Of a stretch of DNA of 64,000 nucleotides, positions 1 through 9,733 are shown piece by piece. The translations under genes and the position numbers were made by a program. A model generated the notes under the pieces. That model was not told the origin of the DNA and ran no database searches. It saw only the letters and a program-made list of their open reading frames with translations. Origin of the DNA: an uncultured delta proteobacterium (GTDB lineage: Bacteria; Myxococcota_A; Polyangia; Palsa-1104); the NCBI GenBank assembly GCA_963785725.1, contig CAWAWS010000018.1:1-64000 (forward strand). Reading direction: 5' to 3'. How positions within the stretch are numbered: position 1 is the first letter of the stretch; each line of letters starts with the position of its first letter.

Positions 1-1818
1 CGCTGGCTCATGCTGGCGGCGGCGGCGACGGGCATGGCGCTGGTCTGCGGCGCGCTGCCGCTGGCGCCCTACGTCATCCTCGTCGTCGGCGCCTATGTCG
101 TGGCGCGCCTGTCGACGCCCCTATCGACAACGCCGGGCGAGCCGCGTCAGCGCTTGCGCATGCTGGCGTGGCTCGGCGTCGCGGCGGCGATCGGCGGCGC
201 GCTCGCGGCCGCGCAGATCGTGCCGACGGTGGCGCATCTGCCGTATTCGCCGCGCTCGCTTGGCGTCGACTACGACTTCGCGTCGACGTACGCGTGGCCC
301 GAGTGGCGCTATCTCGGCGTCCTCGTCGCGCCCGATCTCTTCGGAACCAGCGATCGCGCGCACTATTACGGCGTCTTCAACCACTGGGAGATGGCCGGTT
401 GGTACACGGGCGCGCTCACCGTCGCGCTAGCGCCGTTCGGCCTTTTGCGGCGACGGCGCGAATTGTGGGCGCTGTTCGTCGTCGCCCTCGTCGGCATTGG
501 CCTCGCGTTCGGCGATCACGGCCCGCTGCATCCGTTCTTCTTCCGCCACGTGCCGCTCTATGGCGCTCTGCGCTGTCCGACGCGGGCGCTGGTGATGGAC
601 CTGTTCGCGCTGCCGATTCTCGCGGCCGAAGGCGCCGCCTGGCTGAGCGAGCGGCCGCGCCTCAAACGCTCGCTCGGATTGACGTTGGCGGGCCTGCTGC
701 TCGTCGGCGGCTTGGCGGCCGCGGGCTTCTTGCATCGGCCGCATCCCAAGCTTCCCGTCGCCGATGAAGCGTCGCACCAGGCGTTCGCGCATCTGGCGTG
801 GGTCGTGGCGCTCGGCGGCGCGCTCGTCTTCGCCGCCGTCGGTGGCGTCGTACGCGCCTCGCACGCCATGTTGGCGCTGGCGCTCGTCTCGCTCGTCGAT
901 CTGGTGAGCGTCAGCCGCGGCTACGTCCAGCCGCAGCCGGCCGATTGGGCCGCCGGCACCGAGCGCTTCACCGCCGTCGATTGGCTGCTCGCGCAGCATC
1001 CGCACGATCGCTTCGTCACCGAGGCGCACGGCCCGTTCCGCCTGCACAACCTCGGCATGACCTACGACATCGAAGGCGCCGGTGGCTACGAGTCCTTCGG
1101 AATTTGGCGTTATTACAATTACTTGTACACGATCAACAACGGGCAGCCCTATCCGTTTGCGAAGCTGAAGCAGGACGTGGCGGCGGGCGACGTCAAGCGC
1201 TTCGATACGCAGCTCGTCGACCTCTTGAATTTGCGCTGGTTCATCGGCACGCATGCGCCGGGGCCCAATTGGATTCAGCGTTTTGCGCCGACGCCGGGCG
1301 CGCCGCCGCACGCCGTGCACGAGCCGGCCTGGGATCCGCAGCTGCGCGTGTACGAAAATACGCACGTCTTGCCGCGCGCCTTCGTCGTCCATCACGCCGA
1401 CGTCCTGCCCGACGACAAGGCACAGCTGCGCGTCCTGCGCGGCCTCGATGCGCGCGCCAACGTCCTCGTCGACCATGCGCCCGATCCGACGCCGGCCGGC
1501 AGCGGCTTCGAGGCCGCCGAAGTGACGGTCGCCGAGCGCAAGCGCGTCGTCGTGCGCGCGACGACGCCGACGGCGGGCGTGCTCGTGCTCGCCGACGCCT
1601 GGTATCCCGGCTGGCGGGTCACCGTCGACGGCGCGCCGGCGACGCTGTTGCGCGCCGACTATGCCCTGCGCGGCGTGGCGCTGCCGGCCGGCACGCACAC
1701 CGTCGAATTCCGCTTCTCCGCGCGTCCCGTGCAGCTCGGCCTCGCTCTGTCGGCGTTGGGCCTACTGCTTTTGGCCGCGTTGGCTTGGATTGGGCGCACG
1801 CGTTCGTCGCTGCTATAA
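1..1818 (+). CDS. YfhO-family polytopic membrane protein (GT-C-like), 5' truncated by window
   Basis: Many TM segments; C-terminal LVLADAWYPGWRVTVDG...ADYALRGVALPAGTHTVEFRF typical of YfhO. Frame is open from base 1. Confidence 0.8.
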   Translation, partial: RWLMLAAAATGMALVCGALPLAPYVILVVGAYVVARLSTPLSTTPGEPRQRLRMLAWLGVAAAIGGALAAAQIVPTVAHLPYSPRSLGVDYDFASTYAWPEWRYLGVLVAPDLFGTSDRAHYYGVFNHWEMAGWYTGALTVALAPFGLLRRRRELWALFVVALVGIGLAFGDHGPLHPFFFRHVPLYGALRCPTRALVMDLFALPILAAEGAAWLSERPRLKRSLGLTLAGLLLVGGLAAAGFLHRPHPKLPVADEASHQAFAHLAWVVALGGALVFAAVGGVVRASHAMLALALVSLVDLVSVSRGYVQPQPADWAAGTERFTAVDWLLAQHPHDRFVTEAHGPFRLHNLGMTYDIEGAGGYESFGIWRYYNYLYTINNGQPYPFAKLKQDVAAGDVKRFDTQLVDLLNLRWFIGTHAPGPNWIQRFAPTPGAPPHAVHEPAWDPQLRVYENTHVLPRAFVVHHADVLPDDKAQLRVLRGLDARANVLVDHAPDPTPAGSGFEAAEVTVAERKRVVVRATTPTAGVLVLADAWYPGWRVTVDGAPATLLRADYALRGVALPAGTHTVEFRFSARPVQLGLALSALGLLLLAALAWIGRTRSSLL

Positions 1819-1825
1819 TCGACGG

Positions 1826-2152
1826 ATGGCCCGCCTCTTCATTTCCGCCGACCAGATGGACCGCTGGTCCGGCGAGGGCAAAGTGCACCTCGAAGACGAC
1901 ACCATGACGCTGCCCGCGCTCGGCCGTTCGTTCGAATTGCGCACCGCCGTTCGCTTCCTCAGCGTCATCGAAGGCAACGACATCCATGGCTTGATCGGCC
2001 GCGTCAAAACCGCGCAACAGCTGGCGGAGATGGGCTCGGAGCATTATGGAGCGAGCGTGATCTTGGGTGACGTCGGCTACGAGTGCGAAGAGGGCTTCGT
2101 CGGCATTCCCGTCGACGGCAGCCACTCGGGCCTGCTCAAGATCGGCCAATAA
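1826..2152 (+). CDS. Hypothetical protein, 108 aa (MARLFISADQMDRWSGEGKV...)
   Basis: Typical codon usage; TGnTATAAT with TATAAT at 1814-1819, 6 nt before the ATG. Confidence 0.75.
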   Translation: MARLFISADQMDRWSGEGKVHLEDDTMTLPALGRSFELRTAVRFLSVIEGNDIHGLIGRVKTAQQLAEMGSEHYGASVILGDVGYECEEGFVGIPVDGSHSGLLKIGQ

Positions 2153-2157
2153 CGCAG

Positions 2158-2949
2158 ATGCCGCCGCTGTTTCCCGTCACGCTCGCCTTGTACTCGGTCG
2201 CCTGCGCGCTCTTTTTGGCGCACATCATGATCGGCGCCGATCTGCTGGCGAAGCCGGCGCGCTGGGCGTTGGCGCTGGCGTTCTTGGCGCAAGCGGCCGA
2301 CATCGGCTGGCTGAGCGCGCACGGCATCCATCCGGCGACGACGGCGGCCGAGGCGCTCTCGTTCGCGTCTTGGCTCACCTGCGGCGTCTATCTGGTCGTG
2401 TCGCTGCGCGCCTATGTCCCCGTCGTCGGCGCGCTGGTGGTGCCGGTGACGATGGTGCTCGACGCCGTCGCGCGCTTGTCGCCGTCGCGCGAGGCGACGC
2501 GATCGGTGTCGTCGCTCGGCGTCGTGCACATCATCCTGGCGACGGCCGGCGTCGCGCTGTTCGCCGTCGCCGCCGGCGGCGCCGTCATCTACCTCGTCGA
2601 AGAGCGCAACTTGAAGCGCCATCGCGCCGGCCGTCTGTTCAAGCGCGGCGCGGCGCTGGAGACGCTCGACAAGCTCAACCGCGCCTGCATCATCTTCGGC
2701 TTCCCCATCTTCACCGTCGCCGTCATCACGGGCGCGATTTGGGGACGCCAGACGCACGCCGAGCTGTTCACGCCGCAATATTCGATCGCCGTCGCCGCCT
2801 GGCTCATGTTCGCCATCCTGCTCGTCGCCCGCGTGACGTCGGGCTGGCGCGGCCGGCGCGCCGCCTTGTTGACGCTGGGTGGCTTCGCCACGTCGCTGAC
2901 GGTGCTGCTCATCTACTTCGTGCGCGGCTTGGAAGGCCAGCTCGGCTGA
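2158..2949 (+). CDS. Cytochrome c assembly protein, CcsA/HemX-like
   Basis: About 8 TM helices, LETLDKLN, ITGAIW, GWRGRRAA; directly upstream of hemA. Confidence 0.8.
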   Translation: MPPLFPVTLALYSVACALFLAHIMIGADLLAKPARWALALAFLAQAADIGWLSAHGIHPATTAAEALSFASWLTCGVYLVVSLRAYVPVVGALVVPVTMVLDAVARLSPSREATRSVSSLGVVHIILATAGVALFAVAAGGAVIYLVEERNLKRHRAGRLFKRGAALETLDKLNRACIIFGFPIFTVAVITGAIWGRQTHAELFTPQYSIAVAAWLMFAILLVARVTSGWRGRRAALLTLGGFATSLTVLLIYFVRGLEGQLG

Positions 2950-4293
2950 TGCGCAAGCTGGGTGTCGTTGGGCTCTCGCATCGCACCGCGCCGGTCGACG
3001 TGCGCGAGCGGGTCGCCTTCGCCGATGAGCAGCTGGCGGCGGCGCTGCAGGCGCTGACGCAGGTCGACGGCATCGGCGAGGCCATGATCGTCTCCACCTG
3101 CAACCGCGTCGAGGTCTACGCCGGCGTCGACGGCCCGGGTGCGCTCGAGTCGCTGCGGCGCGAGATGATCGACGGGCGCGCCTTGCCGTCGAGCTTGGCG
3201 GCGCACTTGTACGCGCACGAAGGCGAGACCGCGCTGCGTCACCTGTTTCGCGTGGCCTCGTCGCTCGACTCGATGGTCGTCGGCGAGTCGCAGATTCTCG
3301 GGCAGGTGAAGCAAGCCTACGCCTGGGCGCAAGACGCGGGCACGCTCGGGCCGATTCTTGCAGCGCGCCGTGCCGCGGGCGTTCGCGCTGGCCAAGCGCG
3401 TGCGCACCGAGACCGACGTGGCGCGCAACTCGGCGTCGGTGGCGTCGGCGGCGGTCGATCTCGCGCAGCAGATCTTCGGCGACTTGAAGGGGCGTCATGT
3501 CCTCGTCGTCGGCGCGGGAAAGATGGGCGATCTGTCGGCGCGCCATCTGAAGGCGGCGGGAATCGGCACGTTGTCGGTGGTGAATCGCTCGCCGCAAAAG
3601 GCGATCGAGCTGGCCGAGCGGCTCGGCGGTCAAGCGGCGCCGTGGGACGAGCTCGACAAGCTGCTGCAAAGAGTCGACATCGTCATCTGCTCGACGGGCG
3701 CGCAGGAGCCGGTGATTCTGCGCGATCGCGTCGAGAAGACGATGCGCGCGCGGCGTGGACGCTGGCTCTTCTTCATCGACATCGCCGTGCCGCGTGACGT
3801 CGATCCCGAGGTCGGCAAGGTCGAGAACGTCTATCTCTACGACGTCGACGCGCTCGAGAACATCGTCGCGCAGCATCGCGCGGCGCGCGCCAAAGAGGCC
3901 GAAGAGGCCGAGGCGATGGTCGAAGAGGAGCTCAAGCGTTACGCCGAGCATGAGGGCTCGCTCGGGGTCGTGCCGACGATCAAGCTGCTGCGCGGACGGT
4001 TTACCGACATCGCCCGCGCCGAGTTGGAGCGGACGATGCCGAAGCTGTCGGCGCTCGGCGATCGCGATCGCGCGGCGGTGCAGCAGATGGCCGACGCCAT
4101 CATCAACAAGCTGTTGCACGGCCCGCTGACGAAGCTGAAGGAAGAGGCGCGGCAGCGTCCCGACTCGGAGCTGGCGGCGACCGTGCGCGCGCTGTTCGAT
4201 TTGCACACCGGACACACCGAGGAGATTCGTGTCGATCTCGATGCCGTCGTCGAAGAGCATTCGGAGAAGCCGGTGAAAGCGGTGAAGCGATGA
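2949..4293 (+). CDS. hemA: Glutamyl-tRNA reductase (one +1 frameshift near 3357, likely artefact)
   Basis: GLSHRTAPVDVRE, STCNRVE, LDSMVVGESQILGQVK, then GAGKMG and DIAVPRD in the next frame. Confidence 0.95.
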
Positions 4294-5228
4294 GCAGCGT
4301 CGTTCGCATCGCCACGCGCGGCTCGGCGTTGGCGCTGTGGCAAGCCAATTGGACGCGCGATCAGCTGCTCTCCGCCGAGCCCGAGCTCACGGTCGAGCTC
4401 GTGGTCTTGAAGACGCGCGGCGATCAAATTCAAGACCGCGCGCTGTCGGAAGTGGGCGGCAAGGGCCTCTTCGTCAAAGAGATCGAAGAGGCGCTGCTCG
4501 ACGGGCGCGCGCAGGTGGCCGTGCACTCGATGAAGGATCTGCCGGCCGATGTGGCCGACGGGCTCATCATCGGCGCCGTGCCCGAGCGCGAAGATCCGCG
4601 CGACGCGCTGCTGGTCAAGCCGGCGCTGGCGAGCGTGCGCGACGTCGCCGGCTTGCCCGAGCGCGCGCGCGTCGGCACGTCGAGCTTGCGCCGCGTCTGC
4701 CAATTGCGCGCCCATCGGCCCGACTTGGACGTCGTCGCGCTGCGCGGCAACGTCGACACGCGCGTGCGCAAAGTCGACGGCGGCGAGCTCGACGCCATCA
4801 TCCTCGCCTGCGCCGGGTTGAAGCGGCTCGGTTACGGCGCGCGCATCACGACCGCGCTGTCGACGGACGAGTCGCTGCCGGCGATCGGTCAAGGCGCGCT
4901 CGCCATCGAATGCCGCGCCGATGACGCGGCCACCAAGGCGCGGCTGGAACGCCTGAACCATCGGCCGACGGCGCTGGCGGTCACGGCCGAGCGCGCGTTC
5001 TTGCGGCGGCTCGCCGGCGATTGCAAGACGCCGCTGGCTGCCTACGCGACCTTGGCCGGCGACGAGCTGTCGCTGACCGGTCTCGTCGGCGCGCCCGACG
5101 GCTCGCGGCTCTTGCGCCACACGCTCGCCGGCAGCGCCGGCGACGGCGCCGCGCTCGGCCGCGCGCTCGCCGAGGAGCTCATCGCCCGCGGCGCCGAGCA
5201 GCTGCTGGCGCCGCTGCTTACGCGCTGA
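4290..5228 (+). CDS. hemC: Hydroxymethylbilane synthase
   Basis: IATRGSALALWQ, GGKGLFVKEIE, VHSMKDLP, GTSSLRR, RGNVDTR. Confidence 0.97.
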   Translation: MSSVVRIATRGSALALWQANWTRDQLLSAEPELTVELVVLKTRGDQIQDRALSEVGGKGLFVKEIEEALLDGRAQVAVHSMKDLPADVADGLIIGAVPEREDPRDALLVKPALASVRDVAGLPERARVGTSSLRRVCQLRAHRPDLDVVALRGNVDTRVRKVDGGELDAIILACAGLKRLGYGARITTALSTDESLPAIGQGALAIECRADDAATKARLERLNHRPTALAVTAERAFLRRLAGDCKTPLAAYATLAGDELSLTGLVGAPDGSRLLRHTLAGSAGDGAALGRALAEELIARGAEQLLAPLLTR

Positions 5229-6073
5229 GGTTGGCCAACCGCGCGCTCTCGTCCCACAAGCGGCGCTGCGCCGCGACGTCGCGGGCGGCGCGCGCCGGCT
5301 GGCTCGCCTTGCAGCTCTTGTAGTAGCCGCCCGATTTGCCCTCGACCTCGGGCGACGACGCCAGCCAGACGCTGGTGCGCGCGCCCTTCTCCGGCGTCAT
5401 CAGAAAGGGCGCGCCGATGGCGAAGAGCGCGCCGAACCAGCCGCCGTTGTTGCGCCCGAAGCTCGACGACACCAAGCCCGGATGGAGCGCGTTGCACTGC
5501 AGCTGCGGAAAACGGCGCGCCAGCTCGAACGTGAACAGCAAGTTGTACAGCTTCGTCGCGCAATAGGCCGCATACGGCGACCAGCTCTTCTCCAGCTGCA
5601 GGTCGTCGAAGTCGATGCGGCCGGCGCGGTGCGTCTCCGACGTGACGTTGACGACGCGCGCCGCCGGTGCGCCGGCGAGCGGCTCGAGCAGCAGATTCGT
5701 CAACAAGAAGTAGCTCATGTGATTGAGCGCGAAGGTCTGCTCCAGCCCTTCGGCCGTCGTTTTACGCTGCTGAAAGATGGCGCCCGCGTTGTTGACGAGC
5801 ACGTCGAGGCGGTCGTGCGTGCGGCGAAAGTCGTCGACGAGCCCGCGCACCGACGACAGCTGCGACAGAATCGGCCAGCAGCGCCGACGGGGAAGGCGCG
5901 CCCGCCGCGCGCAGCTCGTCGAGCGTGGCCTCGGCCTTGTCGAAGTCGCGCGCCACCACGATGACCTCGGCGCCGAGCCGGCCCAGCTCGACGGCCGTCG
6001 CGCGTCCGATGCCCGCCGTGCCGCCGGTCACGAGCACGCACTTGCCGGCCATGGGCGCGTCGGCGCCGGTCAT
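5218..6073 (-). CDS. SDR oxidoreductase, retinol-dehydrogenase-like (+1 frameshift near 5870)
   Basis: VTGGTAGIG, LVNNAG, YCATK catalytic motif, LHPG. Confidence 0.88.
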
Positions 6074-6303
6074 CACTTCCCCGGCCAATTGGGCGGCCGG
6101 GCGATGGCGATGAGCCCGGCCTCTTTCGCCAGCCGTAAGGCCAGCGCCGCGGCTTCGTCGTCCATGCCTTCGCCGACGAGCCACTCGACCTCGCCGCGGT
6201 TGCCGTCGGGCGCGTGCACGCTGGCGACGCCGTCGTAACCCTCGACGATGGCGCGGACATAGCCGATTTGCTCCAACGGGACGCGGAAAAATAGCGAAGC
6301 CAC
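6073..6303 (-). CDS. Small protein, DUF4911-like
   Basis: IGYVRAIVEGYDGVA motif; TGATG overlap with the SDR start. Confidence 0.6.
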   Translation of the reverse strand: MASLFFRVPLEQIGYVRAIVEGYDGVASVHAPDGNRGEVEWLVGEGMDDEAAALALRLAKEAGLIAIARPPNWPGK

Positions 6304-6368
6304 CGACGGGAACCATAGCGCTTTTTTGCGACTTCCTGAAGCGCTCGCTAGACTCCGACGTTGGAATC

Positions 6369-7329
6369 ATGCGCGTCGTCTACTCGTGCGCCTTCGTTTT
6401 CGCTGCGCTGTCCGGCTGTGCCGGCAGCCAGACGGTCACGCATGCCGAAGTCACCGAGCTGCGCCAACGGCTCGACGACCAAGCGCGCCGCGAGGCGAGC
6501 TCCGAGCACAAGATCGACGAGCTCGAGAATCGGGTCTTCCTGTTGACCGATCAGCTGGAGAGCGCAAAAGTGGCGTCGCTGCATCGCGGGACCAAGGTGC
6601 TGCCGGCGCTGCCGGTGGTCACGCTCAAGCCCGACGGCACGACGCCCGCGGCGCACGACGACACGATCGTCGCCGGCGACGACATCGAATTCGCCGGCGC
6701 CGCGCGCTCGAGCGAGCCCGATCTCGGTGCGGCCGAGCCTGCGCCTCGACGGCGACGCGCGTCCGGCAACGACGACGGCGTCGCATCGTTCCGCGTCATC
6801 GGCGCCGCGCGAGGTCGAATTGCCGGCGCCGTCGAGCAATGACAACTTGGGTGTCGCCGCCGTGCCGCCGATTCACGCCGCCGGCAGCGCGCCGGTCGCC
6901 AGCGCTCATGTCGCGGCCGAGCGCTCGGCGCCCGCGGGCGAGCCGCTGGCGCTCTATCGTGCCGCTTACGACGACTTGCGCGCCGGTCGTCACGAGGAAG
7001 CGGCGCGCCAATTCCGCGACTTCGTCAAACGCTACCCGCGCCACGATTACGCCGACAACGCGCAATATTGGCTGGGCGAAGTCTATTACGACCAAAAACG
7101 CTTCGACGAAGCGGCGCCCGAGTTCCGCGCGGTCGTGCAGCGCTGGCCGACGGGAAACAAAGCGCCCGACGCCATGTTGAAGCTCGGCTTCACCTTGGCG
7201 GCGGAAGGCAAGGCGACGGAAGCGCGCACGATCTTGCGCGAGCTGCCGTCGGCCTATCCACACACCGAAGCGGCGCGGCTGGCCGAAGAGCGGCTGGCGC
7301 AGCTTTCATCGACGGAGGGAACGAAGTGA
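6369..7329 (+). CDS. cpoB: Tol-Pal associated CpoB/YbgF-like TPR lipoprotein (+1 frameshift near 6724)
   Basis: Lipobox LSGC, coiled coil, C-terminal YADNAQYWLGE...KAPDAMLKLG...YP TPR. Confidence 0.82.
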
Positions 7330-8519
7330 AACGGCTCATCCTCGTTGCCGGCGTCTTCTCGGGCGGCCTCGCGCTGGCCCAAGAGCGCTCCGATCTGATG
7401 CCGCCACTGCCCGAGCCGCAACCGGGTCAACAAATCTACGTGCCGGGCATGCCGCTGCCGGCGCCGGTCGCGCCGATGGCGCCCAGGCCGGCCGAGAAGA
7501 AAGAGCGCGTCGGCCTCGATCTGCGCGACGACAATCCCAGCTTCGACGTCGACACGACGCCGCCGGGCGCCGAGAACGACAGCACGCCGGAGACGCATCT
7601 CGTCATCAAAGGCGACACGCTGTGGGATTTATCGGCGCATTACTTCCACAATCCGTATCAGTGGCCGAAGCTGTGGGCCTACAACCCGTCGATCACGAAT
7701 CCGCACTGGATCTACCCGGGCGACTTGGTGCGGCTGTTTCCGCCCGGTCAGCTGCCGACCGAGCCGGTGGCGGCGGCGCCGACGACGCCCGAAGGCCCGA
7801 AGCGCATTCAAGGCGGCATGCGGCTGGCGACGGGCGTGTTCTTGCGGCAGACGGGCTTCGTCGAGCCGGGTGAGCTGGCGCAAGCGGGCAAGATCAAGGC
7901 GAGCAAAGAGGAGCGCTCGATGCTGGGCGCGCTCGACGAAGCCTATGTCGAGTATCCGAAGGAGCATCCGCTCGTCGTCGGTCAGCGCTACACGATCTAC
8001 ACGCCGACGCAGAAGGTCGATCACCCGCTGACGCACAAATATCTCGGGCAGCTGGTCGAGATCTTCGGCGAGTGTGAAGTCCGCGCCGTCACCGACGGGC
8101 GCATCGCGCGCGTCGCCATCATCGATTCGTTGAACCCGATCGAGCGCGGCTTCTTGGTCGGGCCGTTGAAGCGGCAGTTCAAGGTCGTCAACGCGCACCC
8201 GACGAAGAGCGATCTGCAGGGCATCATCGTCGCCACGCTGCATCCGCGCGACCTCGTCGGCGCCGACAACGTCGTCTTCATCGATCGCGGCAAGAACAGC
8301 GGCGTCGAGATCGGCAACCGCTTCCTCGTCACCCGGCGCGGCGACGGCTACCAGCCCGTGCTCGCGTCCGGCCCCATCGACGATCGCCGCTTTCCGCGCG
8401 AGACGGTCGGCGAGATCATCGTCGTCGACATTCGCGACCAGGTGTCGACCGGCCTCGTCACGCGCTCGACGCAAGAATCGCGCGTCGGCGATCGCGTCGA
8501 GTCCCGCACCGGCTACTGA
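7326..8519 (+). CDS. LysM peptidoglycan-binding protein (TsaP-like)
   Basis: Signal peptide; KGDTLWDLS...PYQWPKLW...NPHWIYPGD; located upstream of dprA, as tsaP often is. Confidence 0.8.
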   Translation: MKRLILVAGVFSGGLALAQERSDLMPPLPEPQPGQQIYVPGMPLPAPVAPMAPRPAEKKERVGLDLRDDNPSFDVDTTPPGAENDSTPETHLVIKGDTLWDLSAHYFHNPYQWPKLWAYNPSITNPHWIYPGDLVRLFPPGQLPTEPVAAAPTTPEGPKRIQGGMRLATGVFLRQTGFVEPGELAQAGKIKASKEERSMLGALDEAYVEYPKEHPLVVGQRYTIYTPTQKVDHPLTHKYLGQLVEIFGECEVRAVTDGRIARVAIIDSLNPIERGFLVGPLKRQFKVVNAHPTKSDLQGIIVATLHPRDLVGADNVVFIDRGKNSGVEIGNRFLVTRRGDGYQPVLASGPIDDRRFPRETVGEIIVVDIRDQVSTGLVTRSTQESRVGDRVESRTGY

Positions 8520-8564
8520 CCGTCACCTTTCGAATCGATTGACCGCGCGCTTTCCGCGTTTGGG

Positions 8565-8738
8565 CTAATCGATTTCCAGCAGGCTCCAGCGCGACTGCGG
8601 GCGGGCGAACACGACGCGGCGCGCCGTCGTCATCACGAAGTAGACCCGCGACGAATCGCACGTGGGGCAGCGGGCCGGCGGATGGCGGTCGTCAGGGGTG
8701 AACCCGCAACCTGTACAACACCAGTGCCTCGTTCCCAT
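8565..8738 (-). CDS. 57-aa rubredoxin/zinc-ribbon-like small protein (absent from ORF track)
   Basis: Manual translation: MGTRHWCCTGCGFTPDDRHPPARCPTCDSSRVYFVMTTARRVVFARPQSRWSLLEID*; CxxCG...CPxC. Confidence 0.65.
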   Translation of the reverse strand: MGTRHWCCTGCGFTPDDRHPPARCPTCDSSRVYFVMTTARRVVFARPQSRWSLLEID

Positions 8739-8750
8739 GGTGAGGAGTGC

Positions 8751-8766
8751 TGCAAGGCATCGGCCA
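8751..8766 (-). promoter_or_regulatory. Putative sigma54 (-24/-12) promoter of the small CxxC gene
   Basis: TGGCCGATGCCTTGCA = GG-N10-GC, ending 12 nt before the ATG. Confidence 0.55.
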
Positions 8767-8860
8767 TCATAATTCCGCTTAGTTCGCCAAATCGCCTTGA
8801 CGGGTTGGAGGACTGTGACTATCCGTTATGTCCCTGTACGGTCGACGGGAGATCATTAAT

Positions 8861-9715
8861 ATGGACGCCAAGGCCATCCAACAGCACGAAACGGGCTATC
8901 CGGCGCGGCTTTTAGCGCTGGCCGACCCGCCGTCGCCGCTGTGGATGCGGGGCCGCTGGGCCCCAGCCGAACGCTCCGTTGCAATGGTCGGTGCGCGTGC
9001 CGCGTCGGGTCAAGCGATGGACACGGCGCGTGAGCTCGCGCTCGAATTGGCCCGCGCCGGCGTCGACATCATCTCCGGCGGCGCGCTCGGCATCGACGCG
9101 GCGTCGCACCGCGGCGCGCTCGATGCGCTCGCCCGCGCCGGCGACGGCGGCTGCGGTCGCACCGTGGCCGTGCTCGGCACCGGCGTCGACGTCGCCTATC
9201 CCGAGCGCCACGCCGGGCTCTTCGACGACATCGTCAATTCGGGCGGCGCGCTGGTGACCCAGTTCGCGCCCGGCATGCAGCCGCGGCGACAGTCGTTCCC
9301 CGTGCGCAACGCCGTCATCGCCGGGCTCGCCGATCTCGTGGTCGTCGTGGAAGCGGGGCTGGCGTCGGGCACGGCGCACACGGTCAAGGCGATGCACGAG
9401 CTCGGGCGCACCGTGGCCGCGATGCCGGGCTCGCCGGGTGCCGATCGCTTCATTCTCGACGGCGCGCAGCCGGTCACGAGCGTCGCCGACGTGCTCGCCG
9501 TGCTCGATGGCCGCGCGCCGGCGCCGCCTGCGTTACCGGAAGATCCGCTGGCCGCCCGCGTGTACGCCGTGCTCGATGGCACGCCGCGCGACGTCGGCGA
9601 GCTTGCTTTTCGCTCGGGCCTGGCCGTTGGAACGTGCGCGGCCATGGTGGTGGACTTAGAACTGGGCGGCTTGGCTGCCCGAGCCGCCGGAGGGCGTTAC
9701 CTCCGGCTTCGGTAG
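8861..9715 (+). CDS. dprA: DNA processing protein DprA
   Basis: YPARL...DPP, VAMVGAR, ISGGALGIDAASH, AVLGTGVD, FPVRN, VVEAG, C-terminal wHTH; GGGAG RBS. Confidence 0.95.
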   Translation: MDAKAIQQHETGYPARLLALADPPSPLWMRGRWAPAERSVAMVGARAASGQAMDTARELALELARAGVDIISGGALGIDAASHRGALDALARAGDGGCGRTVAVLGTGVDVAYPERHAGLFDDIVNSGGALVTQFAPGMQPRRQSFPVRNAVIAGLADLVVVVEAGLASGTAHTVKAMHELGRTVAAMPGSPGADRFILDGAQPVTSVADVLAVLDGRAPAPPALPEDPLAARVYAVLDGTPRDVGELAFRSGLAVGTCAAMVVDLELGGLAARAAGGRYLRLR

Positions 9716-9733
9716 GACTTACCTAAAGGACAA

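Noticed and set aside
8520..8860. ncRNA (e.g. 6S) in the LysM-dprA gap
   Set aside because: Better explained by the small minus-strand CxxC ORF with its promoter; no ncRNA consensus recognised.
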